Below, one piece after another: positions 51,047-61,762 of a DNA stretch of 64,000 bases. This DNA is from Azolla caroliniana. Taxonomy: Eukaryota > Plantae > Polypodiophyta. Both the position numbers and the translations under genes were made by a program. Below the pieces are notes generated by a model that saw nothing but the letters and a program-made list of their open reading frames with translations, did not search any database and had not been told where the DNA came from. Each line of letters begins with the position of its first letter. Within the stretch, counting starts at the first letter, position 1. The stretch spans positions 744,001-808,000 of the forward strand of contig JBHGNT010000007.1 of assembly GCA_043228905.1 (NCBI GenBank), in the 5' to 3' direction.

Positions 51047-51633
51047 GAGCATTAGAAACAATACTTCATATGTGCAACTAGCTCTAGTAATAAGATATTA
51101 GTATGCACACATATTATTATTATTGAAGAACTAGATGGGTCATATGTTATATGTATGTATGCACTAATATGTTGGCATTAGATTGGGTGGTAATGGTTAG
51201 ACTTCCTTGTCCAATGGTAAATATGTCCAATTGGAGATTAGTACGACGATGAAGCAAGCCAAAGCAATGGCCCATGTGGGGCGATTGAGTACTCCCACAT
51301 TATGATTAGAGTCTCCACCGCAGACCATTTGTCTCATTATGAGCACAATGGATCCTTGCTCTTAAGTTGTTGTCAAAGAATTGGTAAACATATTATTTGA
51401 GGTTGTGCCCCATTTGGGTACTTAAGACAACAAACATTGGATTACTCATAGATAGATAGATCAATAGACCCACCTAGTGGATGCATATAAAGGTGGAGGT
51501 AGACAAGAGTAGTGTGGGTTCATGAAAGTGATATATAAAATCTATGGCACTTGGACTACTTTTGTGAATATTGCTTCATTGACTATTTTAGTCAACGATT
51601 AACTTTGGTGTGGTCTACATGTAGACTTCATGA
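51047..51633 (-). pseudogene. Duplicated MLO promoter and exon 1 (pseudo-exon)
   Basis: Tandem copy of 49960-51033 lacking about 410 bp; ATG at 51328 gives MVCGGDSNHNVGVLNRPTWAIALACFIVVLIS, then a frameshifting deletion and a donor site changed from GTAAGT to GGAAGT. Confidence 0.88.
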
Positions 51634-52169
51634 GACTACTACATCTTAACCAACAGTATGCAAAAACATTTTGTTCATATATTTAACTAGGAATTTAAAC
51701 AAATATATATTCCAATTTTCTCTTGATAAGGACATGTGGACTTAGTCTCCCGTCCTATGGACTTTTGGTGGAGGTTGGAGGTTCAATCTACACTTTCTAT
51801 CATTAATTTAGGTGTGGAAACCACGAACACCTAATGAATCAAGTGGCCAACAAAGTAATTTTCAAATAATTAATGAACATGGAATTCATAAGAACTATTA
51901 GAATTATTAGATGTTATTATAAATAACAAATACATCATAAATAAAGAAAATGAAAATAAATAATGTAACTACCTATTATTGGGACTTTTGTTCACAATGA
52001 CCATTACAACACATTCATGTGAGATTTGATCACTATGAATGTTCGCACTACAAACTTCCCTATGATCTGGTCTACCTATAAAATGTAACATCTACCATGA
52101 AGATAATGTTGTCTCTCGTTTATCATCAAATTAAGCTACATACATGCAATTGTTATACTTTGTTAGATA

Positions 52170-52550
52170 GTACTTTAAATTCCTACATGGTATCAAAACC
52201 TTCTCCTAGGAATTAAAGCACAACCATCCAAAAGATTGATTCGGAAGATCTAGGAAGATGGATTCCAACACAAGTTCAACAAACAAAACCATGTCAATGA
52301 CAAGAAAGTACACCATGAGAAACTCAACGACAAGATTTATAGAATGTGGAAATTAAAGATGAGTCTAATCCTTGAAAGAGCACAATTAATAGACATTGTG
52401 AAGGGTATAATACCACAACCTATAACTATCCTAGAACTGATAGATTTGAAAAATAAAGATATAGATGCACGCATGGAATTGGTTATAATGCATCTAACCG
52501 ATGAGCAAATAGATTTAGTAAAAGAGCTAGAAATCTTCACAAATAGATAA
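52170..52550 (+). mobile_element. Old copia remnant (LTR end, PBS, gag start)
   Basis: CCTACA-TGGTATCAAA near 52188, then EKLNDKIYRMWKLKMSLIL. Confidence 0.65.
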
Positions 52551-52843
52551 ATCTTGAAATGGTTGATTTTGTATATCTTCAAGAAGTTCGTGTATTTAAA
52601 TTGTCAACATTGAGTTTGGGAATAGGCGGCCTATCCTATGATGCCATCTCAAGGTTTGATCATCTTGTTGATGGCTTGAAGCTATATATGCTTCTACTAG
52701 TGAATGGTCCATCATCTTTAATGGTTATAGTTTTCCAATCTTTGGACATGTTTTAATTGTAACAAATTATAGCGCAATTGTAATGAAATTTGATTATCGT
52801 CCCATTTTATGTAGCCTCACTTACGGATAATAAGTTCTTCAAG

Positions 52844-54805
52844 CATGTTCGCGTTCAGAAGTGGAAGGATCACGCACAAATGGAAGGATAAGGAATATTC
52901 CGTTTGATTTCAAGGTTATTTTAACCATCTCACAAAACATGTGATACCTATATCACATGTGCTCAAATATTCAATGGCAAAAGCTTAAAATCTCACCATT
53001 TCATAAAATTGAAAATTCACAAAATTAGGCAAAATTCACAAACTTACCCCATGTTTTTTATTGTAAAATTGACAACTGATGTTTTTGATAGCAAACAATA
53101 TTCAAAAGGAGCGATAGATTTGAAAAAAAGTAAGCTTTATATCATTCGAGTTCTTCCAAGCTTATATTGTTGACCATTGATGCCAAAAATACAATCAAGA
53201 GTTATTTGCATCACTATTATCATTCCTCTCATAAGAATCACTACTATAGCTAATATACAATGGGGACTCATCCTCCTCCTCATCATATGTACCAATCAAA
53301 GCATTGTCTTCATCTAAAATAAAATGTTGTGACTCCAAATCATCTGCAGAAGATTTGGTCCACCTTCGATCTAAGAAGCCTTGTAGACTTGGCAATTTCT
53401 CTTTTATTATGTCTATTTTTTACTTCCTTAAATGTCTAGCTTTTGTCAATGTAAAGTTGTACTCAATGATATCCACCTCTTGCATATCAAGGGTCGATGT
53501 GTTATGAATATTCCTTTTCCTCTTTCTATTTCCTCTTGACATTGGGAATTCCATCATCTCCAATGTATACTTGCATGTAAATGCATTCTTGATCTTAATA
53601 TTGTACCAATGCACCTTTATAGACTTTATCTGATTTTGGTTTTCATCCATCACCACATCCAATACTTTACCAATCCAGAATTGGTCCCCTAGGTCATTGT
53701 CATCTGCAGGTGTGGCAATTAACATCCCAACCTTCATTTCTTGCAAGTTTCCTTGCCAACGAGCTGAATTTGTTGCTTTTGTCATCCTTGATCCTGCATA
53801 AATGTCTCTCTGTTGTGGATGGAGCAAGTTTTCAAGATTTGCATTAGGTCCATGAGGTGGCGTTTGAGAACTAGGTGAGTGTTGTACGGACCACGTAAAT
53901 GGTATTTGCAAGGACCAATTACCAGTGAAGGAATTATCATTAATTCCTTGTTGATCACTAAAGAACAAGTCCCACCATGAGGTATCTTGTTGTCCAACAT
54001 ACTTCTTTGCATTATCAATGTGTTTCCTTTTGTCTTGTAAGGCTTGCATCCAGGAGTTCCTTTGTTCATCTACCAACTCATTGTGCATTTCCTTCTTAGT
54101 CTCAATCGGCATTTGTTTTGTACCATAAACGGTAGTAGATGGCATATGAAGCAAGAACTAGCAACCACCTTCTAGCTCCCATTGTGGGGATGATGATTAT
54201 TGCTTTGTGCAACAACGTACAACTACATACATCATTTTTCTTCATCAAGAAAATGTGATTGAAGCTAATATTGTTTAATTGGGCTGAAACTTTCACCTTC
54301 CCCTAACTACCATCTACTATGTATCTCGTATATCTCCTTTAAGTGGATCACATTCAGATGTGGCGTATATGCATATAAAATGACGTCAAATAACTTCGGT
54401 AATGTGAAAGCATCATATCGAGACCACTATCTTGAGAATGTACTAAACATCTGATCAATATGGTCATTTGTGTGACCAACCAGAAGGAAGTTAACTTTAA
54501 CTTTCCTAAACACTCCCTGTTTCACCAACATACTCAAATATCCGAAGACAGTTGAATTCTTGTTCTCCCTAACAGTGTTGTCCAATTGAATGTAGAAAAC
54601 AGGGGGCAACAAGTGCACCCAATTCATCAAAACCTTTTGAATCACAATAACGGTTAAATTGGGGTCATTATGGACATTCGGGTAAGTAATGAACACGTGA
54701 GGTTTAACTATCTCATTATATGCTAAACAACCCACTAAGTGCATCTGAATGAGACATTCGTCGTTGAGGTCTTTTCGAAGCCTCCTAAGGTGAGGTAGAC
54801 ATGTT
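52844..54805 (-). mobile_element. 3' part of a Sola-like (DUF7869-type) DDE DNA transposon, pseudogenised
   Basis: YIQLDNTVRENKN and NFLLVGHTNDHIDQMFS motifs (54427-54744); downstream ORFs 53420-54154 and 53195-53395; terminal region shared with 37560-37742. The superfamily assignment is from motif recollection. Confidence 0.6.
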
Positions 54806-55212
54806 GTTGTAGATATCCGCGGCTAGCAGGTTAGTTTGGGCAGGACCACAGGTGTCTCCGACTAAGGAGCCTGAGGATGGTCGGAGACTATGCTTGTGGT
54901 GTACTATCCGACTCAATTGCTGGGCCCTTTACTGAGCACACGGGCTCGTGGGCCTTGTATCCGATCTTGCCTTATCACTAGATTCCAAAGAATGAGCACA
55001 CGGGCTCATAGACTTGGGTAGATACGTGAGAACCGAGGTGGGGATAAGCGACGTTTTCCCTGGACATAGAAAACTAAGATAGGAATGAAAACACCACACA
55101 AAGAGAGAGAGTGGCGACTACAACATGAAATGTTAGATTAATAGCAAAATTAATACACAGAGATGGATTTCAGTCAGCGAGTAGAGCTTCGAGCTCGGCA
55201 GTCACAAACATG

Positions 55213-55480
55213 GTGTCGTTAAGATTTTCGGCAATGGTGTGAAAATTGCATGGAATGTACAAAATCGAGTGTGTTTCTTCACACACAATAGGAAACAATA
55301 ATAGTGAAGATACTATTTTATATTAGTTTAATATCTTGGTATGAAAAGATGGATGTCTTCAAGAGCTTCCGAATGCATTTTACTACATATGAAACGGACA
55401 ACTTAGTGTCAAGTTATATGAGGGTGAAGTTTGAGGAGAAGAAGAGGAAAACAAAATTGTGAGATATCTCACATAGATAG
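55213..55480. repeat. Unclassified dispersed repeat, copy 2
   Basis: Inverted homolog of 7985-8232. Confidence 0.7.
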
Positions 55481-55787
55481 GACAACATTAGGATTCCAGA
55501 GTATATAATTAGAGCCATATCTCTTTATATTATATCTATGTGTTTAGAGTACATAAAGGTTGTGGGTTATATAACTTAGACGAATGTATTCGGCCAAGTT
55601 ATTCAAACAGGGTTTTGGACGGCACCGAACCTGACTGCAGACGGGCGAATTGATCGACTAAAGATGTAATATGCAGTTAAACATTTGTAAATACAAGGCT
55701 AAAGCCTTGTAAAATTTTGTGTTTATGAGGTGTAAGTAAGAATTTGAACCTTGCACCTCCTAGATAAGAGCCACATGACTTATCACT

Positions 55788-58700
55788 TGTCGAGAAATAT
55801 GCGGAATAATCTCCGACCACAACCGAAGCGTAGATCACTTGATGACGATCAAACACAGAAGAAATGGGAATGGGGGTAAATATGCAAAACAGAAAGAGAA
55901 TACACAGGATGTTAATGTGGAAAACCCTGAGAGGGAAAAACCACGGGAGTCCATAGACTCCAAACTATCACTATGTCAAATAAATACAACAGGGAGCACA
56001 GAGGCAACAACCTCTTGCTCACAATCTTCGCCTAGCGGCGGTTACAACAGAGACACGATCTCTGTATATCGCTCTCTCTCTCTCACTCTTACGCACTGTA
56101 TAGAAGTTACACCAGTAACTCTATCATCATAACTATTAAGTTTGCCCTAGGTCATATTTATACTAATATGACTTTCGGGCTATTTACAAATATAGCCCCA
56201 GTGGGCTTCTAGAACATATTTACATATATGTCCCTTCCATCCGATGAGAGGTTCTCACCGGGCCTGCAACATTTGGTTCTCACCGGGTGTTCCTTGCTGG
56301 GTACTCGTCATCCGGTTCTCACTGGGTCTTCTGTTGCCGGGTACTCCACATCCGGTTCTCACCAGGTCTTCCGTTGCCGAGTACTCCACATCCGGTTCTC
56401 CCTGGGTCTTCCGTTCCCGAGTACTCCACATCCGGTTCTCCCTGGGTCTTCCGTTGCCGGTTACTCCACATCCAGTTCTCCCTGGGTCTTCCGTGGCCGG
56501 GTACTCCACATCCGGTTCTCACCAGGTCTTCCGATGCCGGGCCTTTGTATCCCATCCGGAGGGATCAAGATCCTAACAAACTCCCCCTTCACTCTGGCAT
56601 GGGATGCCTCGTCAATCTGATCTGCTTTCAGCATGCGTCTAGCTTGTCGGGCGTTAGCAGCTCGGTTAGTATATTTGACCCGTTCTCCTCCGTGTGGATC
56701 TTCGTCAGCACAAAATCTTGGTCTTCTACTTGCTCCCTAATCCAGTGGTACCTCCGCTGGATGTGCTTCGTCCTGGAATGATACGCTGCATTCTTCGCAA
56801 GGTGGATGGCACTTTGACTGTCGCAATAGAGCCGGTATTCCTCTTGCCGGATCCCTAGCTCTTCGATGAAGTCCTTCATCCATAGTATTTCCTTGCCGGC
56901 TTCCACAACTGCCATGTACTCCGCTTCCGTGGTTGACAACGCAACCATCTTTTGCAGCCTCGATTGCCACGAAACAGCTCCCCCCGCATATGTCATGACA
57001 TATCCGGATGTTGACCGGTTGGTATCCGAATCAGCCGACATATCCGAATCGGTGAAACCATCAAGTTGGGGTTTACTGGAGCCGAATCGGAGATGCATAC
57101 TTGAGGTGCCTTTCAAGTATCGGAGTATCCATTTTACCGCATTCCAGTGCTCCTTGCCGGGATTGCTCATAAACCGGCTCACCACTCCGACTGCATATCC
57201 GATATCCGGTCGGGTGCACACCATTGCGTACATTAGGCTCCCGAAAGCAGAGGCATATGGTATCTTCATCATATCCGCCTTCTTTGCCTTCGTCTTCGGG
57301 CTTTGCTTACCGGATAACCTGCAGTTTGCCGGAAGTGTCGATCCGACCGGTTTCGCATCTGACATGTTGAATCGCTAAAGCACCTTTGTCACGTACTTCT
57401 CTTGTGACAACCACAATTGCTTCGTTGGCCGGTCCTGGATGATATGCATCCCCAACATCTGTCTTGCCAGACCCAAGTCTTTCATTGAGAAGGTCCGGTT
57501 CAGTGCCTTCTTTAGCATCCGTATCTTGACTTGGTCTCGTCCGACGATCAACATGTCGTCCACTGTCTTGCCAGACCCAAATCTTTCATTGAGAAGGTCT
57601 GGTTCAGGGCCTTCTTCAGCATCCGTATCTTGACTTGGTCTCGTTCGACGATCCACATGTCGTCCACGTACAAGAGGAGTATCAGGAAGTCTCCACCTTC
57701 GAACTTCTTCACAAATATGCAGTGATCGGCCTGCGTCTTGTGGTACCCTTGATCAGTCATGAAGGAGTCGAACTTCCGGTACCATTGCCGGGGAGCCTGC
57801 TTCAACCCGTAGAGGCTCTTTTTTAACCGGAAAACCAAATGCTCCTTCCCTTTCTTCGCGAATCCCTCTGGTTGCTGCATGTAGATCTCCTCTTCGAGGT
57901 CGCCATGGAGGAACGCCGTCTTCACGTCTAACTACTCTACCTCGAGGTCCATGCTTGTCGCTATGCTCAGCACCGTCCGGATGGAAGTCATCTTTACTAT
58001 CGGGGCAAATATCTTGTCGAAGTCCATGCCCTTCTTCTGCTGGAACCCCTTCACCACGATCTTGGCTTTGTACCTTAGAGGGTTGCCGGCATCTCCCAGT
58101 TTCAACTTGTACACGCACTTGTTTCGGAGTGCCCTCTTTCCTTTCGACAACTCCAACAATTCATACGTGTGGTTCTCATGCAAGGAATCCATCTCGTCCT
58201 GCATGGCACTCAACCACTTGCGGCTATGGGTGTCATCCTTCACTTCTTCGAAGCTTTCCGGCTCCCCCTCATCGGTCAACAGCACATGCTCTACATCCGG
58301 AAATCTCTGGGGGGGCCTTCTCTCTCTAAGAGGATATCTCTGTCTTTGGCTTTCAGCAACCGGCTCCTCTATTTTTTCTTCATCTGAATCCAATTCGGGG
58401 TCTTGGCCGATTCCGGTTTCAGCTTCCTCTACTTCTTCTTCTGCCGGCTCGGTATCCTCATCGTAACCGGCTGGTTCCTCGAGTGTCAACCGGCTCTTAG
58501 CCGGGTGGGTCTGAATCTCATCAGAGTTCATTATCTTCTTCTCTGACTCCCAGTCGGCAAGAGTCTTGTCCTCCATGAAGATAATATCTCGGCTCTGGAA
58601 AACCTTCTTGTCTACCGGATCCCACACTCGGTAGCCGAACTCAATCTCGCCGTATCCGAGGAATATGCATGGCCGGGTCTTTGGATCCAACTTTCCTCTC

Positions 58701-61393
58701 CAGTCCTTAGCAACATGCACGTACGCGAGACACCCGAACACCTTCAAATGCCGGTAGGACACTTCCTTACCGGTTCACACCTTTTGCGGCGTGTCTCCAT
58801 CCAAGGGCACTGAGGGTGATCTGTTTATCACATATGTCGATGTCGACAACGCCTCAGCCCAAAACTTCTTGGGTAGTTTAGCATGTGCTAGCATACTTCG
58901 GAACCTCTCCATTATGCTTCGGCTCATCCTCTCGGCAAGCACGTTTAGTTCTGGCGTCTTCGGCACGGTAAATTCGAGCCGGATTCCCTTCGAGCGGCAG
59001 TACTCCTCAAACTGCCCCCGATATTCCCCTCCGTTATCTGCTCGAACCGCCTTTAGGTTCCGTCCGATTTCTCTTTCCACTCTTGCATGGAGCTCCTTTA
59101 AGACGGATAACACCTGATCCTTCGTCTTCAACGGTGTAGCCCATAGCCTCCTACGGTGGTCATCTATGAACGTCACGAAGTACTGCACTCCGGCATGAGA
59201 CTTCGTGTCCACTTGACACATATCGGTATGCACCAACTCCAATGGTGCATTACGTCTCATCGGTGGCCTTGATCGGAAGGAGGTCCGGTTTTGCTTACCG
59301 GCTAGGCAGTTGGTGCACCTCTCAAGATGCACGTTCTTCACCGGAATGAGGATGTCATCGGCAAGCCTCTTCATCCCCTTCACGCTCATGTGACACAGTC
59401 TCTTGTGCCACAGCTCACTGGCAGTGTCGGAAGCCACGTTCACTTCTTCCGGGCATAACCGGGCATGACCGGGCATTCATCAGGTACAACATGTTGACCT
59501 TCCGGGCCCGAGCCACTATCAGGCTCCCTTTGCTGAATTTCATGACTTCGTTCCGGATACTACCCGTGTAGCCTTCATCATCTAGCCGACTGGCTGATAT
59601 CAGGTTCAGTCGAACCTCCGGAACGTGTCGGACATCCTTCAGCAGCAACTTGCATCCGGTTGGTGTTGTCAACCACACGTCTCCTATGTCGACAATTCGG
59701 CATGTGCCTTCATTCCCCATCCGGACACTACCATGATCACCGGTTGTGTAGGATGAGAAGCATTGCCGGTCCGAGGTAAGGTGCAACGACGCTCCGGAAT
59801 CGACAACCCACGTTGTCTTGTCGCCGGCAAGGTTCAACTCACTCTCCTTGGTGATGAGCATCAACTCTTCTTCACTTGCCGCGATTGCCGTCGTTCCCTT
59901 CCGGTCCGGTCCCCTCCGGTCTTTACCGTTCTGGTCCGGAGTCCACTTCGAATCGGTACCATCGGTTTCCCGTTCTTTTCGGAAGTGCCGACAGTTCTTC
60001 TGGAAGTGTCCCGGCTTGCTGCAATAGAAGCAAGTAGGCCTCCCCCTTGACTTTGACCGTGTCCCCGACTTTTCCCGGTTCTGGGGACTACGGTTCCTTT
60101 GTCTTCCGCGTTCCGATTCGGTAAGGAACGCTTTGGAGTCGGAGCTCATATCCTTGTCTTTCCGATGCGCCTCCTCATCTAGCAAGCTCGACTTCACTCT
60201 TGCTAGGCATAAACGTTTACCTTCCGGCCCAGCGTTGCCCAAAGTAACAACCAACGTCTCCCAACTATCTAGGAGGGAGGGAACCGAGCAGGATCAGTGC
60301 TAGTACCTCATCGGCAAGAGGTACTTCCAATGATGTTGCCTGGTGGATCAGCCCCTGGAAGGCATTCATGTGCTCTGTCATGCTGGACCCATCTTGGTAC
60401 CGGAGTCTTACTAACTTCCGAAATACCAAAACTTGATTAACAACATTTTTGTTCTGAAACATAATGCCGATCTTCTCCCACAGCTCATGACCCTTGCTCT
60501 CTTCATTGAAGTTGTTGTATAGGCTCATGTCAATGAAGCACCGTATGTACGCCGTCGTCTTCATGTGCATCACCTCCCATATCGTGGCGTCGATTTTGTC
60601 CAGTTTCTTGTCCTCGAATTCAACTGGCAACCAAAGATCTTTAACCACGAGCATGTCCCTCATCGTCAACTTCCACATAGAGTAGTTGGAGCCGGTGAGC
60701 TTGAACATGCCTCCCAACGAATTGTCTATTTTTCTATGTTGTTTTGCTCAAATACCAAATTGGTCGAGAAATATGCGGAATAATCTCCGGCCACAACTGA
60801 AGCGTAGATCACTTGATGACGATCAAACACAGAAGAAATGGGAATGGGGGTAAGTATGCAAAACAGAAAGAGAATACACAATATGTTAACGTGGAAAACC
60901 CTGAGAGGGAAAAACTACGGGAGTCCACAAACTCCAAACTATCACTATGTCAAATAAATACAACAGGGAGCACAGAGGCAACAACCTCTTGCTCACAATC
61001 TTCGCCTAGCGGCTGTTACAACAGAGACACGATCTCTGTATATCGCTCTCTCTCTCTCACTCTTACGCACTGTATAGAAGTTACACCAGTAACTCTATCA
61101 TCATAACTATTAAGTTTGCCCTAGGTCATATTTATACTAATATGACTTTCGGGCTATTTACAAATATAGACCCAATGGGCTCTCTAGAACATATTTACAT
61201 ATATGTCCCTTCCATCCAATGAGAGGTTCTCACTGGGCCTACAACATCCGGTTCTCATCGGGTCTTCCTTGCCGGGTACTCGTCATCTGGTTATCACCAG
61301 GTCTTCCGTTGTCGGGTAGTCCACATCCGGTTCTCACCGGGTCTTCCGTTGTCGGGCCTTCGTATCCCATTCGGAGGGACTAAGATCCTAACA
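55788..61393 (-). mobile_element. Full-length Tnt1-like Ty1/copia element (same family as 3658-9325)
   Basis: LTRs 60762-61393 and 55788-56578; TSD TCACT on both sides; degenerate PBS TGGTATTTGAGC at about 60746-60757; PPT GAAGGGGGAG; all domains present with stops and frameshifts, including a 104-bp duplication at 57460-57667. Confidence 0.97.
56261..56540. repeat. 40-bp tandem repeat, 7 units, in the 3' LTR
   Basis: GTACTCCACATCCGGTTCTCACCAGGTCTTCCGTTGCCGG units at a 40-bp period; only 3 units at about 61236-61355. Confidence 0.92.
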
Positions 61394-61603
61394 TCACTAA
61401 GCTAAGTCATGACTTTAGGGTTAAAATTTTATCATTGTACTTTTCATATGTAAAATCTCATACATGAGAGCTTGGATGAGTGACATGGCAAACATGCATC
61501 GCATGCATGTCTTGCACCCTCCACATGCATCATATGCATGGGGGCATCTATAAAAGAATGGAGGAATCAAGCAAGAAGGGACTAATGAAGAAATTGGGAA
61601 GAA

Positions 61604-61637
<34 letters not shown>

Positions 61638-61762
61638 CAATTTATCCTAATGGTGATGTATCTTGTCTCTCAAATCTAAAATCAAGGGTTTAATCTCAAT
61701 CTCTCTCTCTCTCCATATCAATCTCTCTCAATCTATCTTAAATCCTTTCTCGCTAAAGTTAG

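Noticed and set aside
37742-52844. MLO carried as cargo of a single TIR element (Pack-type)
   Set aside because: The inverted ends belong to two separate elements whose bodies extend away from the gene, so the gene lies outside both.
56261-56540. 40-bp repeats as a CRISPR array
   Set aside because: Contiguous tandem units with no unique spacers, inside an LTR, with no cas genes in a eukaryotic context.
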